From Selaginella moellendorffii (Eukaryota > Plantae > Lycopodiophyta), in assembly GCF_000143415.4 (NCBI RefSeq), contig NW_003314311.1, positions 540,181 through 604,180 of the forward strand: DNA of 64,000 nucleotides, written 5' to 3'. The notes beneath the pieces are model-generated. The model was not told where the DNA came from, ran no database searches, and saw only the letters and a list, made by a program, of their open reading frames with translations. This document shows positions 1 to 13,505 of this stretch, one piece after another; positions within the stretch are counted from its first letter, which is position 1; each line of letters begins with the position of its first letter. A program made the translations under genes and the position numbers.

Positions 1-913
1 CAACCATGGATCGATTGATCGATTGATCGATGCTTCTTCCAGCAATTCTCTCCAACGTGAAAGGGATAAGTTCCAATCCTCTCCATGAAGCTAGAAAGCT
101 CTACATGAAAGCTAAATCCAGAGCATCAATATCAATGCTTCTTCTCAGCTTGAAGATGATCCAATGAGTTCCAATCCTCTCCAGCTAAAAAGCTCTCCAT
201 GAAAGTCAAAGAGCCTGGATCGACAAAGAGTTTCTCCTTTTCCTTTGTAGGCTCGATGAAACGAAGAGGGAATTAAGCTAGAGGGAGGGGAAATGAAACT
301 TTTGCTTTGTTCACATTGTTGTTGGATCTTTTATTGCTTCCTCCACTGGGAAGCTAAAAGCTCTTCTCTACATGATCCAGGATCTCATCCTCCATGCTGC
401 GCTTGCTTCCGCCGCAGGAATTCGCAATATCTTCCAGGATCTTGACGGCAACGGACCCTCGCACCGGCTGACCCATGCTTCTACGTTCTGCTCTGCTAGG
501 AAAACCAAGAACAAATCCCAATTATAAGTAGGACTATTCGTATGTCCTTGCAGATAAAATCTTATACAAATCTGCAGCTTTGGACTAGTAAGAAGTTTCA
601 TTCCTCTTTCCAACAGACCAATTCTAGAACCATGCCTCAGTAAAGAGTTATCAGCTTGTATCAGATAACTAATATACCAAATATTAAAGTAAAGAAACAC
701 AAATTCTGGAACCCACCAATTATCAGAAAAGAAACACAAATTCTAGAAGCCACAATTATCAACTTTGATCACCAATTATTAAACAAAGAAACATGTCTTT
801 CTTCCTCTATTGCTTCCTGTTACAGTATCAAAAAAATAAGATAAAAAAAAACCACCACCCAACCATGTTGAACACAGATAAATAATCTCTCCAACCTGCT
901 CTGCTGTTTTCTT

Positions 914-3900
914 TTAACCATCTTGCACAGAGGAGGGTTCTGCTGCTGCTTGCTGAATTTGCTGCTTTGCATCACTCACCTGCTCACCACCACCACCACC
1001 ACCACTCCCACCACCATTTCCACCACCACCAAATCCTGGAGCAAGGTTGGCCATCCCTTGCTGCTTGAGATACATATCCAGCGGCAAGCTCGCGTCCTGC
1101 AGCAGCCTCATCATACTCAGCCTGCTCTGCTGTGCCGCCTCGTCCCGCTCCGGCTGGCTGTTGAGATCAATCCCTCCTTTCCCCGCCAAGTTCTCATCCG
1201 CCACAGCAGTAGCACCACCACCTCCTCCTCCTACTCCTCCCCCTGGAACTGGCGGTGACGCAAACGCTCCCAGCAGCTCTGGGAATGGAAACGTCTTACC
1301 TCGCTCCGTCACAAACGGGTTGATCGGGTTGATCGGGCTGGGACTCGGGCTCGGGCTCTCCGCTGGCAATGCCGGGCTCGCCTTTGGCGGTGCCGATGCC
1401 TCTCTCGTGTTGTAGCGCTGCTGGCCCCTCTCCGGCGTGGTGGTGACGTTGTTGTTGTTGTTGTTGCCTTTGAGCCACTTGGCTTCTGCCGGGGACGCCG
1501 CCGCGGCCACCCCGTCGTCCTTGTCCCACGCCTTCTTCTTCCGCGCCGTCTCCGCCTCGCGCTCCGACTGCCGCTTCTTCCGCCTCATCATCAGCGTCTT
1601 GAACCTCCGCTTCACGGTCAGGCAGACGTTGCACACGCACGTCGGCTTGTGCTTGGGACCCTTGCCGCTGGGAGGCTGGATGCAGACGATGCATGTACAA
1701 CCCGGACGGTGGCGGGGATGCTTTGTTGTCGCAGCTGGTGGCGGAGGAGATGCTGCCTTCTCGTCGCCAAATGCCGCAGCAGTTGCCAAGGCATCCAATC
1801 CCGATGGCGAGCTGGCCGCTTTCCCTGGTTTACCTGTTATATATACGCACACACACCACATGCTTATCAGTTTCTAATCACATTCGTTGCTGGGCTTTAC
1901 CTGACATACTGTCCATGAGCTGGTCCATGTCTTCGTTGCTGAGCTCCTTCGCGGCACTACAGTTTGCTCTGGCGACAAAGGACAGACGTGAGCACTCACT
2001 CTGCATGCTGTATAGAAATCTCTCTACCTTTTCAAGTCCCAGACGTTGTCGGTACAAGTCCATCTTGTGTGTATAAATATGTCAAGAGGAACCCGCCTAA
2101 ACTTTGCACAATCATCGCATTGCACCCAGCGGTCTTGCTCCCTGCAGAGCACGAGAGGTTAGTGGAAGAACGAGATTGAGAGCTTCTTACCCCGAAGGTT
2201 TGGTCCTCGTCACCGTTTTCTTCGTAAGAACAGGAGGCTCCTGCAGGTTGTCCATACAGCTTAAATGCATGCAGAATGACTACAAACCGAAGTACCTCGT
2301 ACTCTTCAAATTGATGGCCGTCGATAGTGACGAAGCTGGGCGTGACCCCGGGAGGCGGTCTTAACAACTCCTGAGCTTCTTCCCAGCTTGTCTTCAACTC
2401 CAATGAGTCTTCACTATCTAGACGAAGTCGCTTGCTCTTTGCTCCTAGAGGCCGACCCCTTCTTTTATCCGCTGAAAGAGTTGATTGAGTTTCCTTGGCT
2501 TTTGATTTGTAATCTGTCTGTTTAGCACCGGGGTACTCACCGTCCCCAGAATCCTGAAGAGGCTTATGCCAGATTCATTCATGTTACTGTTGTAGTAAAT
2601 AGCTTACCTGTGCCTTCCTATATCCCATTATAAGTTTTCCTTCTGGTTCTAGACGGCTGAAAGTGACTGGAACCAGAAAAGGCATTGTTGAAGACATGAA
2701 ACAGAAACTTGTCATGGGTATCATACCTGTGTCACCGGCTTGGAGATGCATAGCCTGTATACATGGTGTAACACCTTCTAGTACATACATGCGACTGTTG
2801 TTATTTGGCCAGAAACGGAACTGGAATTGCCACTCCCTCCCATTGATGTCATTAATTCTTAGCGGAAGGCCTTCAGCTTGTGAAATCGTGGGAAAATACG
2901 CCTGCATCAAAACACAGTCGCACAGTGCCAATGAAAAGGACAAAAGAACATGCAGACCTCCGCACATGCTTTTGGAAGAACCAATCGTCCAATACGTCCA
3001 GCGTCACTGGCACTGAGTACTTTCTCGAACAGGGGTGTAATTTTAGAGCTGGAAACAAATGAGTCATAAGAAAAACAAGAAGAAAAAAGGAGAACGAACA
3101 ACTTACTCTCCAGAAGTGAACTGTTGAATTTCCTGGTCTGTAATCCGAGGCCAGTAGCGAGGCAAAAGCTGGTTCCTGCCTTTACTATCAGCAGGAGGAC
3201 GTGCAACTCTCGGGTCGTTAGTTGGTTCAGGTGCAGCCCCTGAGAGCGGAACACGCGGTGGAACTGGTTGCTTCCCAACCTGCCGATGTCGTGGTCGATA
3301 TGGAATCGGTGAATACTTCGAAGGATTTTCCTTGGTTTCGCCACCTGAAGCTGGACTTTCCGTTTGGAAAAGATTACCAGCTGCTGTGTCATCAACTTTT
3401 ATCCCCATCCCCAAGCCTAAAGATGTATTCAGGCTCGCCACCTCGGTTTGAGTTCCAGGTGATTCCCTTGTAACCGCTAGCTTTTCCATCTCTTCCATGT
3501 AAGTATCCACTTCCCGTTTTGCCGACAATCCCTCTGCGACACCTCTAACCTTTTCGTCTTCGCTACCGGTCCCCGCCATTTTCTGCTCGAAATCTACTTC
3601 AGACTTTGGCTTGAGAATAAGGTTTTCTTCCTGCTCCTTTCCTAAGTCACTATCGTAGGAGAATCCCCCCAAAATGCCTTGCTGAAAAAAAAGGAAATGA
3701 GAACAATGGAAAATCAGAAAAAAGAAAAAAGAAGCTACGCACCACGTTGCGAGACTCTCTAAGATCGACACAACCTCGGCAGGAAACGCCTCCCGTATCC
3801 AAAAGCACAAAAAGATGAATGGAAGCTATACATCCACAATGCAGACCCTGCAAGTTCACACAAAACACTGGTCAGACGTGAACTTCCAAAAGACGATGCA

Positions 3901-4372
3901 TCCCATGCTCTCTAGTAAAACCCTCTGCGACTACTTGGAAGCGGCCGATCCTTCTAAACATTAGAGCTATATTACCTTTCCGCACGCAATGCAACTTCTC
4001 CACCCGGGATCATACGCATGAAACTTTTCGCAAAAGCGTGACAGCTCAAACGCCGAACTGGTAACACCGCAAACCAGAAAGAGAAAAAACAGTCAAGGTC
4101 TCTCGCGACTGAAGAAAAAAAGAAACGTGATGTGGGTGAGACTTGCAGGATCAGCCGAGCTCACAGCAACCCAAGATGCAAAACACCACAACACTAATCC
4201 TGAAGAGAGCTAAAGAAGGCAGCCACTACGTGAAGGATAGAATCACATACCCACAGTCTGTGCATAAATCAGCTCGGTCGCCGGAGCGGAGCCGCCATCC
4301 TCGCTTCCATGCTGCGCTCTCGATCGCCTCACATCTGACATTCATGCACGCTTTGTGCCGTGTGGGCTCCAT
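914..4372 (-). CDS. VAL: VAL/HSI2-like B3-domain transcriptional repressor (multi-exon)
   Basis: First exon [35 protein letters not shown] (PHD-like). B3 domain [49 protein letters not shown] zinc finger [13 protein letters not shown]-terminal [27 protein letters not shown] and EAR motif IDLNSQP. Short GT-AG introns. Confidence 0.93.
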
Positions 4373-5546
4373 TGCAGCACCGTCCACCGCAGAGAAAACT
4401 GCCCAGCCCCTCCTCTGTCCAAAACTAAGAGGCCCCCATCTTCGTTCTATCTCCTATTCTCCCTGTCCCTGTGTGTTCTGTTCTTCATGAGAGCCCCATT
4501 CCTAGTACTGTACTATACTAGTTTCTCGTCCATAGTCACGACCAAGTCCACGTAAACCCAAACAGAGTGTCGCGATCCTCACTGCAAGAGTATTTTCACA
4601 AGGAATTAGTCACAATGCACGCTTCCAAAGATCATCACTCCACACGCACACAAGACACTCACACAAACGAAGCGCAGGAGGGAAAGAAGTCAAAAAAGGG
4701 GAGAAGAAGAAGGAGAAGCTCGAGCGGGGAAGAAAAGCTGCCATATGCACAGGACGCGAGCAAAATTTCCCACGCAAGGCGTGCGACGCACGCAAGCCAT
4801 GGATCGCCAGGCCGTAATATCGAAGATCGAGACGCGCGGCGCGCAAAAGATTTCACGGCGGCGTACCTTTGCAAGCTGCGCGATGCCGCCGCCGCCGCCG
4901 CTCGACGCCATAGCCAGCACCTCGTCCCTGCGATGGATCACTCGAGCCCTAGCACCAAACGAGTCCCAGGGTTGTATGATCTACCACGCAGCGCAATGGC
5001 GGCGCCCTGGCCCTGGAAAACCGCAATGCCTATCTAATCGAAACCCTGGCGCCTCGATCGCGGCCAAGCGCAGCGCCGAATCACTCGCGGGGCGACTGGA
5101 TCACGCCGAAGAAATGGGGTCGAGTGAGTGCGTGCGTGCATGCATGCACGACGACATATAAACGCACACGTTTTTAACCATTCCACGGTATATTCCGTTG
5201 CGGAAGGATATTCTGATAAAGAGCTCTATCGCGTGCCGTTGGATTGGAACGAGGGTAGTGGCCGGCCCTTAAGTAAAGATAAATATAACCGAGGATTGAC
5301 AATAAAAATGCCAGGTGTATTCCACTAAAAGGTAGTTTGCTATATTTTTAAAAGGTATAAACGTACGGGCATGCATGCATGGACATGTATATACTAATCC
5401 TTCCTATACAGCAATCATGACATTACCTAGCATGCCGACCTGACAAAGCTAATGAGAGTGTTTCAAAATACCGCAACGTGATTGGTGGGCGCCGCTAAGA
5501 TTCCTACATTTTCGCCACGTCGCGAGGCGGCCGCGTGTCACTTTCG

Positions 5547-7673
5547 CTAACGTCCGCACGAGCAAGATCCACCGTCGAACCGATGGAGCATCTCGGCGTC
5601 CCTCACCACGATCTCCCTGCGGCATCTCTTGGAGATGCCCTTCATGAAGGCGTGGCACTCGTGGCATATTCCCAGGCTGCTCACCACGCGCAGGGGGATC
5701 TCGCCGCTCGTCTTGAGCATCGCAAACGCCACGGCCACTTTCTCACTGTGGAGGCAGTGGAACAAAGGAACCGTGGGAGAATCTAGCTCGAGCTCCAGGA
5801 TCTTGGCTTGGATGGAATCTTTCTCAGGGTGTGTCTCATCGCCTTGGATAAACTCGTGGAGCCGCCCATCAATCTCCACGAAACTCTTGCCCGTGGACTT
5901 GTCCAGAGTGTTGGCCATGAGCTGCCGTACCCTGGAGACCTCGTCCCACATGCCGTGGCCGGCATACATATTGGACAGGGCCACGTACGGAGCCACCTCC
6001 CCGGATTCCACCTGGAAGGCCCGCCTCGCCACGCGGGCCCCCCTCTCCACGTCACCGTGAGTCCGGCACGCCCCGAGCAGGCACATCCACGCGGATATTC
6101 CCAGCCTGTACGGAACGCTGGCCATGAGCGCCTCGGCCTCGTCTAGCCGCCCGGACCGGCCCAGCAAATCCACAATGCAGCTGCAGTGCTCCTCGCAGGA
6201 CTCGATCCCGTAGTCTCTGCCCATGGACGCGAAGTAGTCGAGACCATGGTCGAGGAGCCCGGCGTGGTTGCAAGCAAAGAGGATGCTCACGTAGGTGATA
6301 TAGTTTGGGCGGAGCCCTTGGAGCTGCATTTCCCGGTACATTTCCAAGGACCGGTCGGGATGCCCGGTTTGGGCATATGCTGCTACCATCGCCGACCACG
6401 TCGCGACGTTCCTCTCCTCCATCTCCGCAAACACGAGATCAGCATCCACGAGATGCCCTCCACGGGCATAGGCATTCACGAGCGCAGTTCCAAGCACCAC
6501 GTCCAGCTCCACGCCAGTGTCCACAATCCGAGCATGGACCAACCGCGTTTTCGAGGTGAGCGCGAGGCTGGAGCAGGCATCCAGGACGCCAATGAGCGTC
6601 ACTTTGTCAACCCTAACGCCCTCCAGGTCCATGACGTGGTATATCCGGATCGAGTCCCTGCTATGCCCGCTCTGGGCATACGCCGCGATCATCGCATTCC
6701 AGGCCACAATGTCCTTGTCTCGAATCCGCTGGAAAGCACATACGGCACCGCCAAGGCTGCCGCAACGGCCGTACATGCTCACGAGCGTGGTCCCAACTGT
6801 GGGCCGAGACTCGAGCCCAGTGGCCAGAATGTGCGCGTGGATGGACCTGGCCTCGTCCAGGGCGCCCACCGTACAGCACCAGCTCAGCATCCCGACGAAA
6901 GTGCCCTCGCCCGGCCGTACGCCCTCGACGGCCATTCGCCGCAGCACCAGCACCGCCTGGGCCATTTGCCCATTCCGGGAATATGCCGCCACCATGGCGT
7001 TCCACGCCGCGAGATCCCTCCCGCAGATGCCCTCAAACACCGCCCGCGCGTCCGCGACGCTGCCGCACCGCCCGTACATGGTCACCAGCGCGGTGGCCAT
7101 GACCGCGTCCACCGGCATGGGCCGCTCGTACGGACGGCTCCGTCCTCCCAGGACGTGGGAGCGGTGGATCTCGCGGCCGGTTTTTAGGTCTTCCAGGTTC
7201 GCGCAGGCGCCCAGCACGCTCACCAGCGTGATCGCGTTGGGCTTCACTCCCTCGCAGCTCATCCGGCGGTAGAGCGCGATGGATTCGCGGCTTTGCCCCC
7301 TCTGGGCATTTGCCGCGATGAGGATGTTCCAGGGAAACGCGATCCTCTCGCGGGCGACGAGCTCGAAGACGGCGGTGGCGTCGCGCAGGCTGTCGCATTT
7401 GCAGTACATCTCAACGAGGCTGTTGAGGAGGAATCGCTCGCCGCCATAGCCGTGGCGGAGGATGTGGGCGTGGATGGATCGCCCGGCCTCCAGAGAGTGT
7501 GGATTCGCGCAGCGCCGGATGAGGGACTCGTAGAGTGGGACTGTGATTGGGAGGCGCGAGTGGTCCATCCAGTCCAGCGCCGAGAGCACATCCATGGAGG
7601 AGAGCTCGTCCAGGATTTGCTGCTGGTGATTGAATCGTCGAGGCAAGCCATTCGAGCATGGTGGTGCTTGCAT
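5547..7673 (-). CDS. PLS-class pentatricopeptide repeat protein with E and DYW-like deaminase domain (organellar RNA editing factor type)
   Basis: Intronless 708-aa ORF with PLS repeats (ALVTMYGRCGS, WNAMIAAYAQSG), E motif, PG-box-like KSTGKSFVEIDG, HSEK..CHECH, ending GSCSCGR. Confidence 0.93.
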   Translation of the reverse strand: MQAPPCSNGLPRRFNHQQQILDELSSMDVLSALDWMDHSRLPITVPLYESLIRRCANPHSLEAGRSIHAHILRHGYGGERFLLNSLVEMYCKCDSLRDATAVFELVARERIAFPWNILIAANAQRGQSRESIALYRRMSCEGVKPNAITLVSVLGACANLEDLKTGREIHRSHVLGGRSRPYERPMPVDAVMATALVTMYGRCGSVADARAVFEGICGRDLAAWNAMVAAYSRNGQMAQAVLVLRRMAVEGVRPGEGTFVGMLSWCCTVGALDEARSIHAHILATGLESRPTVGTTLVSMYGRCGSLGGAVCAFQRIRDKDIVAWNAMIAAYAQSGHSRDSIRIYHVMDLEGVRVDKVTLIGVLDACSSLALTSKTRLVHARIVDTGVELDVVLGTALVNAYARGGHLVDADLVFAEMEERNVATWSAMVAAYAQTGHPDRSLEMYREMQLQGLRPNYITYVSILFACNHAGLLDHGLDYFASMGRDYGIESCEEHCSCIVDLLGRSGRLDEAEALMASVPYRLGISAWMCLLGACRTHGDVERGARVARRAFQVESGEVAPYVALSNMYAGHGMWDEVSRVRQLMANTLDKSTGKSFVEIDGRLHEFIQGDETHPEKDSIQAKILELELDSPTVPLFHCLHSEKVAVAFAMLKTSGEIPLRVVSSLGICHECHAFMKGISKRCRREIVVRDAEMLHRFDGGSCSCGR

Positions 7674-7734
7674 TGGACAGCGCTGGCTATCTCTTCGACA
7701 TGAGAACTTTTAGATCGCGTTAGAACCTCGAGCA

Positions 7735-8287
7735 TCTGATAGAAAACTTGATATCAGGTAACTCAAAACCATAGCTGACCTGATAGGAAACTAGATACCA
7801 TGTAACTCAAGCCAGGAAAACCACAGCTGACCTGATAGAAAATTTGATACGAAGTTAACTCGAGCTAGGAAAAGAGAATGGAAAACTCTAGCTGACCTCG
7901 GAAGCAAGAAAAAAGCTATGAAACTCGAAGCTGCAAAAGATCAAGAACAAGAAAAGAAAAAAATGAAAAGAGCTACCTGGAACGATATCTGTGAATTTCA
8001 GAGCTTACAATCACGTTACCATCTAAACTAGCTAGAGGTGACTTGTTCTCTTCATACCAAGTAACTCAAGCCGAATGAAAAACTTTAGCTGACCTCGGAC
8101 GAGGCCGGAAACTTGATACCAAGAAAAATGCTATGGAACTTAAAGCTGCAGAAGCTCGACATGAGATCAAGAACAAGAAAGGAAACGAAGAAAAGAGCTA
8201 CCTGGAAGGAGATCTGTGAAACTCAAAGCTTACAATGATGTTGTTAACATATCAATAACATATCAATAACATCTAAACGAGCTAGAA
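7735..8287. repeat. Degenerate intergenic tandem duplications
   Basis: Recurring GCTGACCTGATAG-AAACTTGATAC-GTAACTCAA units, plus a roughly 150-200 bp duplication (about 7880-8036 vs 8078-8287). Confidence 0.6.
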
Positions 8288-8293
8288 ATAAGT

Positions 8294-10015
8294 TTAGCTG
8301 ACCTGTTCTTCACCTTCAAACTCGGAGAGCATCGGTACGAACGTACAGCTGAAAGCTTCTCGGTCTTTGAGCAGCACCAGTGACGAGCCATCCGGGTTCC
8401 ATTTGAGATCGGTCACCAGGAACTCTGAAAGTGGAACGTTAACGCAGCAAGCTCCTGCGGGAGTCCACATGTAGAGCTGCGAGTTTCCAGTGCACAGGGC
8501 CAGGCGCGGAGACACTGGGTCCCAAGCAGCAGCACGGATTGGTTCTCTCTGTATCAAAAGCGCTGCGAGCTCCAACCGGGAGATGTCCCATATCCATAGT
8601 GCTGTTGGCATGTTTTCGTTGCGGCTAAGCAAATATCGACTGTCAGCACTCCAAGCCAACAGACCTGCGATCACATTATGTTTTTGGAAACCATGAGTCA
8701 CGATATAAGCTTTAAAAAAAAAAAAAAAAACGCGTACCGATGCCTTGCTTTGGATTTGGCTTGTCGGCGGGCGGCTTCTGAGCAGCAATCCTGACTGGAA
8801 TATCAGCAACTTTGTATCGCACTCGTACATGAGAGTCGCCAGAATTTTCTGAGTGGAAACAGCAACTTTAAAGCGTCGTCCATCTCAACACAACGATATG
8901 ATATACTCGTACCATTCTGGAAAATTTCGTTCTCTCTGTCATCAGTCAGATACAGGCTTGACATGTCAAATGGCTCCTCTATTTCCTGCTCAGAGAAACT
9001 CGCATGAGTAAGAAGCAAAACCACAAACGTAAACGCGTACCTTAAATACCACAGCAGTTGCTGGTCCTTTCACGGAGCTCGTATGCGTGAACTCAGCAAC
9101 GGGCTTCCATGTCAAATGGTTCAAAACGCGAGCGATCTGGTCATAGCTACCTACACCCAAAAACTGGCCGCATGGCGACCATGCGACTGTTCTTACACCC
9201 AGAGCATTCTCGTAAGCTTGGTACTTAAACAAACAACGGCCATCTGGGGAATACACAAGGACCTGGAAAAAACAACACAATGGTTGACAAGAGAAAAAAG
9301 AAAGAAAGAAGAGCGACTTACCTTATACTCGAGCGATGAGTCCCAAACGGCGATCGTGTTATCGTTTGGCGACCACTCAAGATCAGCAAGGTCCACAGTA
9401 TCCACGGCAAAAGTCCCCATTCCTTCCCAAGAGTTACTCGCCAGCAAGTGAACATAGTCCTTACAGTCCCGGCGCGTAGCAATCGCTACAAACTTCCCGT
9501 CCTGAGTGAAGGACACGCCTCGAGCAGCATGCTTGGGCCACTGGACGTGAACACACGCGGTGCTCACGAGAGACCAAACCGTGAGACGAAGCTGGAAGTC
9601 GGAGGTGGTGAGAATGTGTCGACTGTCCGGACTCCATCTCGCGTGAGCGATCCCGGCAGGACCCTCGTCGATCTTACACGTCCATTCGGGCTGTGAGACC
9701 GACCAAGCTTGCACCATCGCGCGCTTGACCAGCGCACAAAGAACATACTCCGAGTCGGGTGCCCATTCTACATGGCTGATCTTATCGAGGCAAGAGTAGA
9801 GCTGCACGACCTGTGAAACAAAAATAGTTCCAAAGAAAAACTCAAAGAACTTGCATTGGAAAGAAGAACAAAACCAGCAAAGAAAGAGATCACAGTACCT
9901 TGAGGCTCACAGCGTCGCGAATTACAAGCCTGGCCTCCACAGCGACGGCGAGAAATCGAGCATTCGGAGAGAACGCACAGGGGCCGCTGTATTTGTAGGT
10001 GTCGCTGAACTCCAT
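8294..10015 (-). CDS. WRAP73: WD40 repeat protein WRAP73/WDR8 (multi-exon)
   Basis: MEFSDTYKYSGPCAFSPNARFLAVAVEARLVIRD..; QPEWTCKIDEGPAGIAHARWSPDSRHILTTSDFQLRLTVWSL; SRNENMPTALWIWD. Confidence 0.9.
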
Positions 10016-10317
10016 TGAGCTTGGATCAAACCCTGGCACTCACTGCCCGAGCGGCATTTCCTCCAATCAACACCGGCGCTAGGGTTTTGGGAAGCGCCAG
10101 CAGTAGCATCATACCTCTCGGATCCAATCCTCCGGCGCTAGGGCGATCCTCAATCTTCCACCATCACCATAGCCCTGATTTTACCTTCGCTTTACCTATT
10201 TGGCGGGAAAATTACCCCGTGAACCCTGAAAGATCTCAGCCGTTGGATATCTTGCGGCCGCCCAAGTGTTTAGGGTTCTAGCGCTTAGGGTTCTAGTGGG
10301 TTTCTGGCAGCGCAGCC
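10016..10317. promoter_or_regulatory. Divergent promoter between WRAP73 and RPL5 with telo-box-like motifs
   Basis: About 300 bp between opposing ATGs. Contains TAGGGTTTT (about 10080), AAACCCT (about 10028) and TAGGGTT copies, typical of plant ribosomal-protein promoters. Confidence 0.55.
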
Positions 10318-11686
10318 ATGGTAAGCGCCTGTGGATCAATGCCGCTAGATCTTAAATTTTCGTCCATCGCAGGCAGTCGCCAGGGCGCAGAAATCCAAAT
10401 CCTACTACAAGAGGTACCAGGTCAAGTACCGCCGCCGAAGAGGTAACGATTTGGATTCTTGGAGCTTGAAATTTCACATTTCTCTTCGCTTCATAGAGGG
10501 CAAGACCGATTATCGGGCTCGGGTGCGCTTGACGAATCAGGACAAGAACAAATACAACACACCGAAGTACCGATTCGTCGTTCGCTTTGTAAGTTCTATC
10601 TCCTTTATCCTTTGGAAAACTGGAAAAGCTTACGTTTTTTGTTTTGATTTTGTGTTAGTCCAACAAGGACATTGTGGCCCAGATCGCATATGCTACTATT
10701 GCTGGAGATGTGATCATGGCTGCTGCCTACGCGCACGAATTGCCGCGCTATGGTCTCAAGGTTGGCCTCACAAACTACGCGGCTGGTAATTCTCTATCTT
10801 TGCCTTGCCAAACCATTTTTTTTCTCACGTTTTCTATGACTTCGTTTGTAGCTTACTGCACGGGGCTGCTGCTGGCAAGGAGGCTGCTCACGAAAATGGG
10901 CATGGCTGACATCTACGAGGGAAACACTGATGTAAGTTTTACTTCTTTCTCTCTATTTGTTCTTACGCTCGGGACACAGGTGAATGGTGAGGACTACAAC
11001 GTTGAAACTCTGGACGAGAACAGGCGTCCATTCAGGGCCCTTCTTGATGTTGGCCTGGTCCGGACTACAACGGGCAACCGAGTCTTTGGTGCCTTGAAGG
11101 TTTGTCGAGTTTTTCGAGTTCCTCTGTTACAAAGTTTCTTTTTTTCTTGCTTCACAGGGTGCATTGGACGGTGGACTAGACATCCCGCACAGCGAGAAGC
11201 GTTTCGCCGGCTACAGCAAGGAGGACAAGTCCCTGAATGCCGAAGTGCACCGGAAGTATATCTATGGCGGGCACGTTGCTGCTTACATGCTGGTATTCGA
11301 GGCCTCTCATTCTCATTCTTCTTGTGGAGAGCTCACGTTTATCTCTTCTTCCAGAAACTAAAAGATGAGGATCCCGAGAAGTACCAATCGCACTTCAGCC
11401 AATTCATCAAGGAAGGCGTTGAGCCGGAGAGCCTGGAAGAGCTCTACACCAAGGTCCATGCTGCGATTCGCGAGGACCCAAGCCCCCGGGAGCCTCCACC
11501 AAAGAAGGATCACGGTCCTCACAAGAAGTGAGTATACTTCCTTTGGATTATATGTCGGTTTCACTGACATGGTTCCTTTGGTTTTGTCTTTCCAGGGTTA
11601 AACCCACGAAGCTCTCTTACGAGCAGCGCAAGGCCAATCTCATCAACCGGATCAAAGCACTCAACGCGGCCGAAGACGATGAGTAG
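10318..11686 (+). CDS. RPL5: 60S ribosomal protein L5 (uL18), multi-exon
   Basis: ATG-only first exon; [45 protein letters not shown]; [11 protein letters not shown]; [14 protein letters not shown]; stop TAG at 11684-11686. Confidence 0.97.
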
Positions 11687-11781
11687 AGGAAAGTATGATG
11701 TGCCTTTGAAAGAAAGTTTTGGTTATTTCAATCACTCGACTTCTATATCGTTTCTACCTTGGCTTTCCACTAGGAAGAACT

Positions 11782-13212
11782 TTAGCAAGTTGCGAGACTG
11801 GATTGGCACTTTAGGACTCCTGCCTCGGCGGTCATCGCCGTAACTTGGCTTCCAGATTTCACTTCGAATTGTTGCTCGGGGGTGTATCTGGAGATCAAGT
11901 CTCCCCGCCCCGACTCCACGAAGAACGCTCCATTCAGGAACACGTCGTCGATGGAGATCCAATCCCCGGCGTGGCCGACGCGCTTGGTGATCTGTGCTCT
12001 CTGTTTTGTCAGTGCCAAAGAAAATTCTCAGCGAGATATTGGACTTACTTCCTTTGCGTCTCGTTTGTCCGAGGCAAGGAAGCGGTTTCCTTGACTGATA
12101 ATCGTGGGATGAGCGCTACCACCGATCGCATACATCTCCCAGGCGTGGTAGTCATTGTTTGCTACATGGAAGTATCCAAACCGGCATCTATAGAATAAAG
12201 TTTTCAAGAGTTCTATCGAAGAACTGGGAAAATAAAGCACCTGGGCATTCGCTGCACGCATCTGGGTCCAAACCGGTTGTAAACCACCGTGATCTTCATA
12301 TCATGGTCGAGCTCCGACTCGTCAGCATGGCCCAGAAGCATCACCTACATAAGTTTCCAGTCAAGTTTCCAGTCAAGAAGGGAAAGAAAAACTAGGAAAA
12401 GAGCTACAACTTAAAAGAACACGTACCTTGTCGTGGTCGTGGAAGTGATTGTTGGAGATGGTGATGAAGTTTGAGCCGTGAAGAACGTCGACGAGGCCGT
12501 CGTGACACTCCCAGAAGCTGTTGTGGTCGATCCAGACGTGGTGCGACTCAAACACCCGGATCCCATCGCCGTCGGCTCGGCCCCGGTGACTTAAGTGGCC
12601 CGGCTTGGTCGCCACCCATCCTCCCTCGGTCGTGACGCAGTGATGGATGTTTAGGCCGTGGATGATCACGCGGCTAGCCCGGAAGATCGTGATGCATGCG
12701 CCGTGGGCGATGTGAACGCTTGCTCCTCGTCCATCTAAAGTTTTGTGGCTGTTGACTACGAGCTCGTTCCGGAGAGTGATGGTCATGTCGCTCTGGAAGA
12801 CAATCCACACCGGCTCTTCCTGGATCACTGCGTATCGGAGCGTTCCCGGCTGTGGATTCAGTGGATCGTCGCTCGGGTCTGTCACCGTGTAGTAGTTCCC
12901 GTTAGCTCCGCCGAAGGCACCGCTGCCAAACCCGATTCCACAGCCGGCCATGTGCATTCGATCGCTGTTCCAGTCGACGGCACTTTTTCGGCAATCGTCT
13001 ATAGCGTTGCCTGTGCTCAAAGTTTGCAGTAAACTCCGCGTCCTGTGGAAAACAAAAAGATAATTGAGAGACGTTAATTGAAGGATCAAAACTTCGTACC
13101 GGTTGGACGAAAGGCCTGGGACGATAGCTTCAACCTGCATTGAGAGGAAAACGAAGAAACAGTATGAACAAAGATGCAAGAACGAGGTTTTGCCACTCAA
13201 CGAGGCTGCCAT
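11782..13212 (-). CDS. Pectate lyase (PL1), multi-exon
   Basis: Signal peptide, [73 protein letters not shown]. Confidence 0.93.
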
Positions 13213-13505
13213 GATCGACCACACTCCTGCGAGGCAAGAAAGAGCGAGCTTTAATACGGGAGTTTTGACGGGGAGAATGTGAAGCGGCTTACATTAACTT
13301 GGCTGAAAAAGATATGGAACTCGTGGCGTGCCTCGAAGAATAAGCTCCTTTGCCTGTGATGAAGCTTTGCAAAAGATCAAACCGTATGTGTATATTCAAC
13401 TCAAAACTTGAAGAAAAATTCACGTGAGTTAGTGGCTTGTTAGGCCTCCTTTGCAAAAACGGCCAACACACCACCTCCAACTCTTCACAACAAAAACTTA
13501 GCTCT

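Noticed and set aside
5629-7735. Many antisense and alternative-frame ORFs over the PPR gene (likewise over VAL and Mpv17)
   Set aside because: Expected shadow ORFs of GC-rich coding sequence.
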